64,000 bases of DNA from contig NC_134026.1 in the NCBI RefSeq assembly GCF_964204645.1, forward strand, positions 22,354,150 through 22,418,149. The letters run 5' to 3'. The stretch is from Tubulanus polymorphus (taxonomy: Eukaryota > Animalia > Nemertea). The translations under genes and the position numbers were made by a program. Shown one piece after another: positions 29,501 to 45,200 of this stretch. The first letter of the stretch is position 1. Each line of letters opens with the position of its first letter. The notes under the pieces are model-generated. The model was given only the letters and a program-made list of their open reading frames with translations. It was not told where the DNA came from and made no database searches.

Positions 29501-32500
29501 GTCATGTTTTTGTATTCGGCATGTGGCTGTGGAAAACAATTGAGCGATAATGACTACGATGAAGCATTTATTTTTACTTCTACTCTTGGAGTTTGATTTA
29601 TGGTCATTTGGCCATACTCATCTATGAAAGCTTTTATTCAGGTGATACCATTGAATAATGTACTGTAGCACCGTTACCACAGCTGTCAGGACCAACCTAT
29701 GAATAGTGTTATCGGTAACAAATTGAAATTTTTTTCACTGAAATGTCATGGAAATATGAGAGAAAATGTTCAAATTAATCGGGAATCAACAGTAAGACCT
29801 TCAGTAACATCTTTCATACTCCTGTATGCATCAAACAAATCAAATCAGAATTTCTCATTTTTGAAATAGTAACAAATACTGAAACCAGGAACAGTTGGCA
29901 GCTCTGTAGCTCTGTGTATCTAGTGACGTATTTACCGGCGACATACGTCAGAATGACTCTTAAGTTTGCACGAGTTCATCGTGGAAAGGCAATCGCGCTA
30001 GGAGAGACACGACACCAATTATCCTATGGAAGCCACGGTAATTCATATCGTTTTCAACTAACGGGCAGCAGCCTTGCTTAGTCATTTCGTCGTATGTGAC
30101 ATACGCGTGTATCAGTCGCCGTTTTCGTACGCTCCCTACCTACATTGACATTTTCTTCATCGTTTTGAATAGCTGAAGACTAGCCGCCTTCGCCTTCACA
30201 ATTATCGCTGACATGAAGACAAGTTAAGGCGGCCATCAATCAATTCATTTTGACGACGCGGCGCATGTCCTTAAGCTTAATTCTGGATTCATCGAGATGA
30301 ACCTCGAAACTGAATCAATCCCACATCCACCACCGCACAAGCGACTGCTGATGAGGCTAAACGAAAAAGATTTTTGTTAACGCATTTCAAACGTTTATTG
30401 AAACAGCTAAAGGATCACAACGGCCTCGCGTCTTAGGTTTTCACACTAAGATGCGATTCGCGAGACAATGTTGCCGTAGCAACCTAATGGCCAAGCAGTT
30501 GTCAGCACGAATCGGCTAATATTGCAATCAACACTTCATCGAAAATCTTTCCCGATCCTACGCATACGGGTCACCCACCAACTCGGATCAAATTGATCAC
30601 TATATTTCAACTGGTGAAAATATCAACGACTGTAGTTTCAAATATTTACGATACATTATATTTGCTATGGCAGCATGTGGCACGTTGGCAGATTTGGTGA
30701 ACTTCTATTTTACCTTTTAGTGTCGTACAATATAAAATTCAATTGCCAACCAAATTCGCCCAGTATCAATGAGGGGGAGTTGTTGGAGAGAAGGCTAATA
30801 AGAACGACTAAATGAATCTTGAATTGATGAGACCTGTATGTGAAAGACTGGATGTTCTTACTTCTCGGTGCACTTTTTCCATCTCACCACCCAATAGAAT
30901 GATCAAAATATCATCGTTTGATTATCCTATTACTATGTAGAGGCTAATAATTGGAGATCACTCCTTGAGTCACCGATACATGTTAGCGGCATTCTTAAAG
31001 GATCGCACTCAGATGCTCCCATGATGATACAGCACTCACGGGTATTCAAAAGACTTCAGACATCGGCTGACTCGAGATAATTCGATTATCATCAATCGGA
31101 ATGATAATATATCCCAGTAGGACATTAAGTGCCTCAACAAACTGCACTGTACAAAGTGAAAACTGACGGTGCATTAATGATAAAGCACACACACAGATGA
31201 AACAAGACAGCCATGTTCCAAACAAACCATCCGCAGTTTTTATCCGCCCAACGCATAGCATTACTAACAATTCAAGATTACGAGAGGCATATTTTCGAAG
31301 AACTCTCCTCCAAAAACATCACTACGATGTCTTTTTACATGCTATTCTACAAATCAAAGGACCAACATAATGGCAAGAAGCAAAAAATTACTTTGAGCTG
31401 AAGCAAAAACAAAACCCTATTTCTGCATTCACCTCTGTGCCATCGTTAGATCTCTCATCAAACGTAAGAAGTTACTTAGTAATTAATCCTGGAAACCTCA
31501 CTTTAGATTTGAAACTTCTAACCCTAATTATAATTTCGTTTTTTTTATGAGTCCATGATTTTCTCCTACAACTGTGGCATAATCTTTGCATAAAAGTATA
31601 GGTGATACTAATGATGCAGAAGATGAGAGAAATGATCAAATAAGCGAAGTTCAAAATCGTTGAAGTTGTTGACAAAACCATATTACTGACTCAGTCTTCA
31701 TCACGATTACAGGATTGACCTTATTAGCGTTTCATACGGTATATACGCTGGGAATTTCGATTCTACATACGAAATCCCTCCCGAGTGATTGATGGCTAAC
31801 TGCAGTTTAATTTGCTTTCAAAAAAGAACGACAAGCGAAAGTTGAAATCTGAACAGCAATAAAACTCCATGTGTACTGGAGAAAGATCACTGCCTCTTAC
31901 AGAGCACCGCAGGAAGCAATATAGACTGCTACTTCAGACAAGAGAATTCAATAATATCTAATGACATGTCATATGCCCTATGGATATCGAAGTCATAGAC
32001 TTTAGAAATCATATCATTCCAAGCGCTGGTTTTGTGAGAAGTTTGTGCGTGGCAATTGCGCCTAAACATGGAAGTCAAGGTCAAGGTCAGATCTAGCACT
32101 GCAAATTAACCGCAATGAAATTGGAGATGGTCGCTAGAAATTTCACCAATGCTGTAATCGACATTTTTGTTCACATAGGCCATTATTGGATGTAAACAGT
32201 AGCTTTTTAGTTCGGTTAGCCCATCATTGCATGGTGTCCAATATACATGACCCTTCGGGTGTTTAAGTCAAGGCCACAGCTTTTTAATCATTTTAATCTA
32301 GCTCCAGAAACATTGATAATCAGGATGCTGTGTGATAAATGTTATACAAAGTAATAATTTTACTTAAATATGTCCCTAAGTGTTTAAGAGGCACAAATTC
32401 ATTACAGCCCCTGGAAACATCATGCGATGTGCACAGTTGTTAGAACTCTGTGCACAGTGAATCGACATATTGTCACAGGAATCTACATTCGCTGAAATAG

Positions 32501-34455
32501 CATTGAAATAGCATCGAGATACATATTTTCAATCCATTTAACAATATTTAGATGAGTGAATATATTAATGATTTCGACAGTGATGTCAAGATATGTCGAT
32601 GATCTCTAAGTACAGTTATTAATGACGTGCGGAACATGTGTCATGTTCTTGTTCGCCCATTCCGATAGACTTGACATCGCAAACTCGGGGTATCCATCCT
32701 AGTAGTTTAGATCCTCACAAGCCACAACACGACTGGATCAGACCTAAGGCCAAGTAACTACCTGCCAATTCATGTTGATTACATTATGCGGAATACTTCG
32801 CCATCGGTGACAGTACATTAACAGTGACTCGAAATAAATTGTCAATCTCACCGCATAGGAACATGTCAATCATTTCAAATACCTAACTAATGCGTACAGC
32901 AACTGCGATAACTATTTTATATCGGGAATACTCAATGGAAATAAGAATCTTGGACCAAGTTTCATGTGAGAAAATTGAATTATTTTATCAATGGGGGTCT
33001 TACATCAAAACACAAGGCAATAAATCAAGATTTTGTATATTTGGAATATTGAATATCCCGAAGATAATTTGCTGTTATAAGCGGATATGCAGGAAAGAAC
33101 CTCCGTATTGTCAGGGATGACCTATAGATATATCCTTGTCTTACACGAGTTCGATGCAATAGTGGAAGAAAGACCCCGGAAAATGCTCTTTACGTATTTG
33201 TTAAACCCAAACGATCTACATATGGATCTGCATGCAGAATCAATCAAAAACAACTAACATTCTTCATCCGATTGAAAATACTCATGTTTGCTCGGGCGAA
33301 TTGATTGACGTGTAGGCCGCGTAAACTTTCTATGATCACTTTTTCTGCTCTTACGGAATATTACAGGATGTCGGGCGATGCTAATCGATTTGCTTTGCAG
33401 CTATGTAAACAGAATTTATAGCGTTCAGTTTCGAAGCACGCCAAGCAGTCATCGCGGTTGACGCTCGATGAAATGATATCGGTGACCGACCACCAATACG
33501 ATCGAGCATAGGACCTGATATCATGTTTGCCGACGACGCGAGATGAAAGCCGCAAATCTGTCATCGACCTTCGTAATAAAATCAAACCTCAGAAGACGGC
33601 AACGAAGCTCACCCTCCTCAGATGTAACGCCAATAAGCCATCACGCGGCGGTTTCGTCATATTCAGGCAAGCGACTGTCAATATCATCAACGGCATTGCG
33701 AAGCAGCGCCATATGTTCGGTCAATTTGGACAACGGTTATCGCGTGATGCACAACAAATTTGACGAAATTACCCCAAAAAGTCGACGCTGTGTTGAAGCA
33801 GATGCTTAGATGATTGCACGGCCATTACTTGTAATAGTTTTACGTTCAACTAATGCGCGCCATTAACTGTCAATACAGGCTGATAGAACAAATTATCAAG
33901 TAATAGCAACAAGAATGACACACAGCAGAAAAAGTACCGGTACTCTACAATGTCAACGGCGAAGATCAATTTTAACACAACGGAAGTGGTTTATTATGTG
34001 CCCGCTCTGTTTAAAAATTTTCCTCTACGAAACAAATAACTGCTTGAAACAAATAGCACACTAGAGCTCGTTTAAACAGGCATTCAATTTTGGTGTATGA
34101 ACCAAAGGGTTATCACAGTTGCACATAAAAAGAACCGTTCTCAACCAAAACGCCGATGAAGTTTGCTCTAATAAAAGCATGGCATTAAGATAAGCTTGGA
34201 AATATATTGGCAACATTCAAAGATAAATGTTTCAAACAATCCGGGAAAGGTCATATCGGTAGACGAAGAATCAGAGGACAAAATGCAAATCAATTACCGA
34301 GGTAGATAAAATATTATCGGAATCATTCATTTGATTTAAACACGCGATACAGCGTTTCAAACTCATTAATCGTGAAAGTAAATGCGATATTAATTTGATC
34401 GAGAAACCGAGTAATTCATCGCAGCCATCGCCGTTCAAAAATCATAGCCGTCATA

Positions 34456-34505
34456 GTGAGTAGTGCTTGCTAGCATCGTCAACGATGCTAGCAAGCACTA
34501 CTCAC
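34456..34505. repeat. Perfect 24-bp inverted repeat with a 2-nt loop (second copy at 36659-36708)
   Basis: gtgagtagtgcttgctagcatcgt-ca-acgatgctagcaagcactactcac. Confidence 0.95.
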
Positions 34506-36051
34506 ATCGCTTCGTTTTTACTTACTCGACTGTGAGTCAGTTACGAGGCATAAGATCATCTCATTGACCAGGAAACTTGAGCTGATTACAGGTGCTTTCA
34601 ACCTTGAAGTAACCAGACTGAAATCAGCCCACAGTTCAACCAAATCTAAAGAGCATGAGGGAAAGGTCAGACAATAAGTAGTCTTAGGAATATTGCTCAG
34701 GGGATAGCATACCCTAACATGCGAAGAACAGCTACAGAAATGAAAAACCATTGATATGAAAATCACTTTATTCCAATCAGCAAAATGTTTTTTTCAACTG
34801 CAACAGGAGTTGACGTCGCGTCGGCGGGCTCAAACGGATCTGAGAACAAGATTGCGTAGATAAAGGATGATTGGAAAGTGATGAACGGGGCCCGAGCAAT
34901 AAATCAATTAAGATTTGCATCGTGGAAAACGAGCGTTGACGACCACGTTTTATTCATTCGTGATCAAAATTGACAAATACACGCGGCGCTGAGGAAAGGA
35001 CAAACACTTCAGCCCATTAAACATGAACTTCAGCAAAGTAAGACATTACTTGTGATTCATCATTTGAGGATCAACTACTTGCAAACTACTATAAACTAGT
35101 GCGAATGTGAACATGTACTCATTGGCAGGCCAATAACACAATCAAGATTGATGAACACAGGCAAGTTTGTTGCAGTTAAATCTTTTCTATCAAATACTAC
35201 ACTAATTACATCCACAATAACCACTGTATGGGATATAGCTGAACGTGTGTGAAGATGCGTACCTATAAGCCGCAATCCCACTGAGACTATTTGGCTTAGG
35301 TCAAACTGGCCCAGAGGACCCGAGTCATATTTAGCCTGTGTCTTTAATTAGAGAGCGCAGTCAAATGTAAATAAGTCGCTTGTTATGAAAATGCTACAAA
35401 AACGATGCAATAACAAGCGACGTGAGTCACCTCCAGAACCAATTAGCAATCACACGGAATAATTCGAACCATGCTAAAATTTGGCAGGTGCCTGATCCAA
35501 CATTTTGGTCAGGCAAACTAGCCCGTATCAAACAGACAAGCGTGGACCAATTTGCTATCAGGTAGCTAACTTCGTGATATCGTGACTATAACTGTTGTTG
35601 ATGAAATGGTTGGAAGTTGCAGTCAGAGAAATTTCATTCACTCACTGAAATAGTCACCGCGCGTAATATCAACACAGGTGCATATACACGGGAAATATTA
35701 TATTAACATAATATTAACATGTATATATATCATATATATATATATATATATTAACATATATAATTTTCCTCTACGAAACAAATAACTGCTTGAAACAAAT
35801 AGCACACTAGAGCTCGTTTAAACAGGCATTCAATTTTGGTGTATGAACCAAAGGGTGTATCACAGTTGCACATAAAAAGAACCGTTCTCAACCAAAACGC
35901 CAATAAAGTTTGCTCTAATAAAAGCATGGCATTAAGACAGGTATATATATATATATATATATATATATGAAGGTTAATAACTTATTACATTACTTTACAT
36001 TTACACATTCGTTCTTTTTGACAACGACAGGTACACGACCACCATATTCTC

Positions 36052-36155
<104 letters not shown>

Positions 36156-38175
36156 GAGAATATGGTGGTCGTGTACCAGTCAACGGAAGTGGTTTATTAT
36201 GTGCCCGCTCTGTTTAAAAATTTTCCTCTACGAAACAAATAACTGCTTGAAACAAATAGCACACTAGAGCTCGTTTAAACAGGCATTCAATTTTGGTGTA
36301 TGAACCAAAGGGTTATCACAGTTGCACATAAAAAGAACCGTTCTCAACCAAAACGCCGATGAAGTTTGCTCTAATAAAAGCATGGCATTAAGATAAGCTT
36401 GGAAATATATTGGCAACATTCAAAGATAAATGTTTCAAACAATCCGGGAAAGGTCATATCGGTAGACGAAGAATCAGAGGACAAAATGCAAATCAATTAC
36501 CGAGGTAGATAAAATATTATCGGAATCATTCATTTGATTTAAACACGCGATACAGCGTTTCAAACTCATTAATCGTGAAAGTAAATGCGATATTAATTTG
36601 ATCGAGAAACCGAGTAATTCATCGCAGCCATCGCCGTTCAAAAATCATAGCCGTCATAGTGAGTAGTGCTTGCTAGCATCGTCAACGATGCTAGCAAGCA
36701 CTACTCACATCGCTTCGTTTTTACTTACTCGACTGTGAGTCAGTTACGAGGCATAAGATCATCTCATTGACCAGGAAACTTGAGCTGATTACAGGTGCTT
36801 TCAACCTTGAAGTAACCAGACTGAAATCAGCCCACAGTTCAACCAAATCTAAAGAGCATGAGGGAAAGGTCAGACAATAAGTAGTCTTAGGAATATTGCT
36901 CAGGGGATAGCATACCCTAACATGCGAAGAACAGCTACAGAAATGAAAAACCATTGATATGAAAATCACTTTATTCCAATCAGCAAAATGTTTTTTTCAA
37001 CTGCAACAGGAGTTGACGTCGCGTCGGCGGGCTCAAACGGATCTGAGAACAAGATTGCGTAGATAAAGGATGATTGGAAAGTGATGAACGGGGCCCGAGC
37101 AATAAATCAATTAAGATTTGCATCGTGGAAAACGAGCGTTGACGACCACGTTTTATTCATTCGTGATCAAAATTGACAAATACACGCGGCGCTGAGGAAA
37201 GGACAAACACTTCAGCCCATTAAACATGAACTTCAGCAAAGTAAGACATTACTTGTGATTCATCATTTGAGGATCAACTACTTGCAAACTACTATAAACT
37301 AGTGCGAATGTGAACATGTACTCATTGGCAGGCCAATAACACAATCAAGATTGATGAACACAGGCAAGTTTGTTGCAGTTAAATCTTTTCTATCAAATAC
37401 TACACTAATTACATCCACAATAACCACTGTATGGGATATAGCTGAACGTGTGTGAAGATGCGTACCTATAAGCCGCAATCCCACTGAGACTATTTGGCTT
37501 AGGTCAAACTGGCCCAGAGGACCCGAGTCATATTTAGCCTGTGTCTTTAATTAGAGAGCGCAGTCAAATGTAAATAAGTCGCTTGTTATGAAAATGCTAC
37601 AAAAACGATGCAATAACAAGCGACGTGAGTCACCTCCAGAACCAATTAGCAATCACACGGAATAATTCGAACCATGCTAAAATTTGGCAGGTGCCTGATC
37701 CAACATTTTGGTCAGGCAAACTAGCCCGTATCAAACAGACAAGCGTGGACCAATTTGCTATCAGGTAGCTAACTTCGTGATATCGTGACTATAACTGTTG
37801 TTGATGAAATGGTTGGAAGTTGCAGTCAGAGAAATTTCATTCACTCACTGAAATAGTCACCGCGCGTAATATCAACACAGGTGCATATACACGGGAAATA
37901 TTATATTAACATAATATTAACATGTATATATATCATATATATATATATATATATTAACATATATAATTTTCCTCTACGAAACAAATAACTGCTTGAAACA
38001 AATAGCACACTAGAGCTCGTTTAAACAGGCATTCAATTTTGGTGTATGAACCAAAGGGTGTATCACAGTTGCACATAAAAAGAACCGTTCTCAACCAAAA
38101 CGCCAATAAAGTTTGCTCTAATAAAAGCATGGCATTAAGACAGGTATATATATATATATATATATATATATGAAG

Positions 38176-38437
<262 letters not shown>

Positions 38438-39649
38438 GAGACTAAGTTGATGCTAATCTAATTTCTCAATCAGTGTTTCGCGGAGATTCGAAATGCAATT
38501 GATTCCATTGTGTTTGTCATCGCAGTGTGGTGAATCAATGAATTAATTCACAGACAGGATGAGAAAATGGGGAGTGCGCGAAATATTCAGGCGAGCAGGA
38601 CAGTACCGGGAATGGAAGATGAGTGGGCACGGATTGAGGAGGTACTTGAAGAAGATAGAGAAGGTGAAGGACATTGGAATGGAAATTCAGCCATTGTGGA
38701 TGTTGGAATAATGGAAGGAGCAGAAGTGGGAAATAAAGGAGACAGAATGCATAACGAGGGAAGGGAAAGAAGAGATGGTACGTATGAGGGGAATGAGTGG
38801 TGCCTAGAGGAAGAAAGGAAAGAGGTGGGAGTTGCCATAACAGGGAAAAAAAGGTGAAAATAGTGCTATGTTGTAATAATCAATGACTTCAATCAATGGG
38901 TTCAAGGTGGAAGGTAAATATGGAAGCAGAAGTTATGATGCAAAGGAAGCAGCAGAAAAGTGTGTACATGCTAGGAAATACTTGCTGACAGGGGTCAAGG
39001 TCGACAAGCCAAACAGAAACTTTAATCATTTTGTGAAAATGGGAAAATGTCACCAAACACTTAACTCAATTACATGAGCATAATTAAAATGACAGGCTTT
39101 GACATCAATGATAGTTCGACATTTCCATGAGAGAATGGTTAATGAGACTGTTTCGTCTTACGATGCGACGAAGGAGACCGTCAAGATTTCATTGAACCCG
39201 TCGACGACGACGACGTCGCGAAAATATTGCAGAATTGACATTTCGCGAGAAAAGACGCATTCATACGCCGTATAGCTGATGTAAAACTTCGAACAAAACA
39301 AGCAAAAAACGTGATTAGAATGCAAATATTCAACTCATGAAATGTATAAAATTAGATGCACGAGGAGATATAGTCGAGTCTCTATCATATGAACGCAACA
39401 CTTATGTGAACGTATAATAAAATATTTTAATTTCAAATAGAATGTGGCATTTGCTATGTATGTCCCCTGGGGGGAAGCAAACAGTTATCAAACAAGATAG
39501 CGATGAAAGCTAACATATAACATAGTTCATAGAAAATACTCAATTGTTCATTTAATTTGTATATTATAGAATCTGTTTACCTGTCTAAACCCTCATATCG
39601 AGTTTAGAGAAAAACTATTCCTGATTGCAGGCTGTAACGCGATATCAAG

Positions 39650-39925
39650 AAATTCAAGATGGCCCGGATGGCAGACACATTAGATCTTCAACTAACAATC
39701 TTCATTTTCAAAATGGCTGGACATCTCACCTCTGCCAATCCTTACACCACGTTTCGGGTCCATTCAGATTTGAAGCCTGTATCATGCTAACAAGACATTC
39801 AAGATGGCAACCGGGTATGGCAATATCAGATTGCCGATAACATCTAAGGCTAGATATCTCACCTGTAACAATCCTTACACCATATTTATCTATGAAGAAT
39901 TGCAATCTGTATCATGCTAAAAAAT
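39650..39925 (+). repeat. Degenerate tandem repeat of about 140 bp (caagatggc-type), probably an old transposon remnant
   Basis: ttcaagatggc...atctcacct...caatccttacacca...ctgtatcatgctaa occurs twice. Confidence 0.55.
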
Positions 39926-41839
39926 CTCACGAGGACAGTGCACACTGAGTAAGATAAGATCTCCCACCACCAGGAAACATAATAATCTAAAGAAGACCAA
40001 ATTTTGAAAACGATAGTATTCTTACATGGTAATTGAATAAATTGACTTGCGGATATGCTTGATGTTGAGGTGAAAAGCTGCCTTATCGGATAATATGCAT
40101 AAACTTTTGTTTTCTCACAAATCATCCAAAATTTAGTGCATACGATAATGAAATTGACAGCACAAACACGTTGCTCATGGCAAAATGATCGAGTACATCT
40201 ATTAAACTCAATACCGTGAAGAGCATCATAATTATACGGAAAAACGGTCAATGTTTTTCATTTTTGGGAGGTGTTATATCCATCAAAATGCTGCCCATAT
40301 TTTATTGCTACAATTGTTAGGACAAGCTATTACACACTTGCCCCATCAGGGTTTGTTAGTTGTCATTGCTGAACACGTTCACAAACGGTTCTTCAAAAAT
40401 TACTTCTGTCAGTCGCTATATCACGGCGAGCAGTTCAGTTCGGGAAAGTTCGATTAATTCTGCAACTGGTTATGCCAATGTCTTCCACTTTCAGCTTAAC
40501 CAATGTTCAATACAGAACAAGTTCGTCATTAAACCAATTTGCAACATTCTTTCGGAAACATTTTCGTTGATTTATCAAATAAGTTACAGTTTATTCAGCT
40601 TATTTGCCGAGCGACAATGAAATTTCACTGGGAAATTCTATTTAAGCAAGACGCCGATCAATGAAGTTTTCTACCACATTAGCGCGCCCACAATCACATC
40701 ATGCACAGCCTCGAGGCTTTCTGTCTTATACAGCGAGACCGATAATCAAACCCGGAATAAATCGCGAAGTTTAATTCTAAATTCTGACATTCCCAACATA
40801 CAATTAGGCAACCCAGTCCCACCTTGTATGTTATTCAACTAATGAGCTCAATATAACACTCTTATAGTAACCTAACAATATCTATCATACATTACTGAGA
40901 CTGCAGAGCCTTAGTTGGGAATATGATTAACATCACCAAGAGCCAAGTCAAATGGTGAAACTGGGTAAGTATGCCCTGAAATGCTCGACAAAGTGTGCTG
41001 TTTATGATGTTGGAGTTAGATGATTTTTAATTTTTTTAAGGCCAAATCAGTCAGCAGTGACTTGCTTATCAGCAAGTTTCATCCGGCTACCATCCGTCAT
41101 TGAAACTGGGAAATTGCACGTCAAGGCATCAATCTCGGGTATACAGATACTGACGCATTGAGGCCATCTCGCCACAAAACAATTCACGGAGACGAAATCA
41201 AGCGTGTCGAAAGACAATCATCTCGATACGCTAACACATAAAAGCCAAACGTCCACAATCTATATAGTTGAATCCCTTGTGGTGTACAGTCAGCATACCG
41301 CGTCGTCGGTGCTCGTGCTGCTGTTGCTCGTGTCTCCGGTGGCGATGACGCTTACATATCGGTAAACATTCCGGTAACAGGGCCGATAATCATCAAATCG
41401 TGCCTATATTCCATTATCCGGAATCATCCATTTTTATGCACAGGATTTGCGGTAACAGTGGAGAACGAATAAAAACATCCTGCCTCTAATGCTTGGAGAG
41501 TCCGTCGATGCATCATCACGGACCCCGGTTCGGCAAGATGGATGAGTACAAAGGATGGACTCCGCATCAATATATGCTTATTCATCATGTAACATTATTT
41601 CCGGGGGTTTGAAAGCTAATAGTTTGCGTACATGCTTCCTGCGTTTAATGCCCATCAGCACTCGCGCTTTATTTAACAACGAAACGTTACTGAAGTGCAG
41701 CGGTTAAACGCCTTAAAATACTTTGATGGATTAGATTTCTGAATGAATGGAGCGTGATTTAACCACACTTCGACCTTTCAGAAATTTATGAATATACTTC
41801 ATAATGTCAACAACAAAGACAATACATATTCGTCACCAC

Positions 41840-42270
41840 AGCCGCAACTGCACAAGCGTTTTCAACTTGGGCCAAATTTGTCATGCATCAAAATAGTGCG
41901 TGCTAACATCTGATGCTGGGAGCAAATGGAACAACTTGAAAAACCCAGCTCACTTAGTAGCCACGATCACACAAGAGTTGTTGGCCCATACCGCTGTTCA
42001 CACGGGTGCCAAATGGGTCCATGCCTGTTTAGCCCAAATCCACATTTGGCCCGACCAAAAACGTTGGACCATGCCTGAGCATGGGTCAAATTACTGCCTG
42101 TGAAAAGCAAATGATTCCGGGAGTAACTCACTTCACTTTGTTTAAACATTGATAAGTATCAAGTGTGTGGTTTATGTGTGAACGGGCCAAATTTGGCTCC
42201 TTCGAAAATTTGACTGGCCTGATCTGTGCCAATTTAGCCTGGGCCAAATCATCTCTGTACAATCACTGCT
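41840..42270. mobile_element. Degenerate 'gggccaaatttgg'-family MITE copy
   Basis: Multiple gggccaaat/atttggccc motifs. The internal segment 42120-42185 matches 48237-48300 in reverse orientation. Confidence 0.6.
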
Positions 42271-45200
42271 AGTGATCTAAATTCTTAGAGGAAATATTTC
42301 TTTCCAGGCAATTTCTCATGTCAAACATCCTGTGCATACAAACTGAGGCTTTCATTTCGGCAGGCAGAAAATATCGAAATGCTCGTCTGAGCTATCATCC
42401 GATGAGACAATAACTAACTGCGTACAAGCAAAAATACGCAAAAGGATTGGTACAAGCGCTATTAAGCATTTACATCATGACAATTACTTTCAATGCGCGC
42501 ATCTAATTCAATTTCAAAGTCATAGTTCTTTAAATATGCAATTACAGATAGATTTGAGCGTAAAGCAACATGAAACCGAGTGGTCGGTAATCGTATTTTC
42601 GACAATTATCGGTAAACCGAAATTGACCGAACTAATCCTCCTGGTAGTTATACATGATATGAACACTACTATGCCCGATGATAATCAACTAATAGCCTAA
42701 TGTAATCTAATAACGTGACTTCAGTAACGGCGAGAATATGACTAGAAATCATCGTCGTCGTTGTCATCGCTGGGTGTGCGCAGCGGCGGCGGTGAATAAC
42801 GTTGTATCTAATTATTCAAATGTAAAACAGTAAGCCACAATCCTGTCAATAATGTGGTAACATGGTAAAACTAGCCAAGCAACGGAGACCCCACAGTGTG
42901 TATACGAGCCAGACGCGAATGGAAAACATATAAAACCATGTGCAAGCTGTACGCCTATCGATACGCGTATCAATAATCATATGCGTGATGAAATATGGTT
43001 TCAAAAAGGCATTTTGACTACAAGGCTACAAAAAGTCGCGTAAATAAATCTAGCTTTCATCTAACAAGATAATCTACCACAGCTATATCCATGCGACGAA
43101 TGATAAGACGCCATCAAACTGAGACGATTTGCCCCAGCCCAAATTGGCCTGGATCAAATTTGGTTCACGCCAAAAAAAGAACGCTTGTGTGATCGTGACA
43201 ATAGAGAAGCATGCTAAGAATTATCATTCAGATTTTTTTCGTAACACAAATTCACTACAATATCACATAGTGTACGGCCACTGGTCACCAGCAGCAAGAT
43301 TGCTCAGTGTCTAGCATCTTAGATATTCGACAACAAAATCAGCAGCAAATCACCGTCAGTCACCTAGTGTACGGTGACTAGCAATAAGTCGCTTTGCATC
43401 CCCTTACAAACAGCCAATCTTCAATGAGACAAAAATCATGTACCATTGACAAAATGGCGGCCTCCAAAAAAAGCAGCGCCGACAACTAGTGGCGCCACTT
43501 TACAGCATTCGGCCAAAAAATCATCAAGCATGCAGTCGGGGGTGGGGCTAGGATCATCGACGATTTAATCAAAAGTTGCCGAAGATTAAAAAATCTCTCC
43601 ATTCGCAACTTAAAATCGCTAAGTGTGCTTATCTGAACTGGTTTTAGTAAACTCTGGTCAAAAACCTTGAGATGAACTTTCATTTGAACTGACTCAAAGA
43701 TTTAATCAGCAACGCTTCCAACCTGTGCATAATTATCAGCATAAACGTGCTTCCTTACACACAAGAACACACGCTACGAGTTTATATCAATCTCTAGTAT
43801 ATTTACTGTACAGATATATCTCATGGAATCCGAAAGTAGGAAAATGGAGCCGGATTCAGGAGTCGTCCGGAACTAAAATGGCATCAATACACGGCAGTGT
43901 GCTTGGAAATGATTTGAATTGGCTACAAAGGGTTTTAGGTGGAGTTGGTAAAAATCCCTTCCAGTGTCAGAGGTCTTATAATGTGGAACAAATCTAACGT
44001 TCTACCGGAACCTGCGTCCAACGTCACCAACCATTTATCAATCATCCTATACCTTCTTATGTGAGCATTTCTATATAGAATTATGATATATCTTGTCAAG
44101 TTAATAACTGCATGGATATATCGATCAAAGACCGAGCAGCAACATGTGCTGTGTTGAAGTACATCAAATCTACAAGAGTGAAAGAGTGATTGATCGGAGT
44201 ATGGAGAAAAAAAATGTTCACATTATTTCTCCTACTTGACATGCCAGTGTGTGTAGATATCTGAAAATGTGGATATACGTGCTATTGTATTTTTTTCGCG
44301 TTGAAGCATATTTGCAAATCCATGACTAAACGCTTATCGACTGTCGATACGCTATTTCATAAAACCAGCCGTTTTTCAAATGTCGATTGAAAACAACTAA
44401 CTATACATTATGCCTCGCATGAAACATAAGTGACTGTTTCATCAGTATTTTATGAAGAATTGCACCCATGTAAATATGTGCGTTATGTAACCTATTAGAG
44501 AGAGAGAAGTGAGAGAAGGTACCATAGCATTTGAGAGTTTCAATTCACATTTTCATACGTATGCGTCTATGAAACTCCATTGAGAGGATAGATTACGTAC
44601 AATACTTAAGTAAAATCCAAATGTATCGTTTTTCTTCATCTTCCTGCCGCCCATGCCCCTACCCATACAGGCAATCAGGTAGTTATGGCCCTAAATGCAA
44701 TCAGTCTGTGCAAAATGAAATATGATCATGAAAATGAACATCATCATCATCGTAGTGTCTGAATAAACCACAGTATTGTTCTTGTTCTTGAAATGTATAT
44801 GAGAAATATCCAATTGCATTATCTTTCATATTTAGCACGCTGATGATATAAAAGCATATGTACGTGCTGATGAAAAAAACAAACTAAACCAGCCACGAGA
44901 CAGTCGGTATTGCTTTCTATCTACAAAATAGCTGCAGGCGTGCAAAGCCCCATAAATGAACCAGATTGCCAACAGGAAGACAGTGGGGAAAGTGTCGAAG
45001 TAAACATTAGAGCAGGCATATGTGTTTATTAAACCCGGTAATCCATTACATCCACTGGAAAAGATTACTTCAGCCTCCAACTAACAACTTATCATGCAAA
45101 TCATGAGTCAAAACTACCCATATAGATCGAGAAGGAAAGCTCACTTTATTGATAATACTGCTGACCATAACAAAAATACACCCACAGGTATGCTGCACTC

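Noticed and set aside
38545-38860. Purine-rich stretch with a Glu/Gly-rich 96-aa ORF and a Ser/Pro-rich antisense ORF
   Set aside because: Low-complexity strand bias explains the open frames; no domain or splice context.
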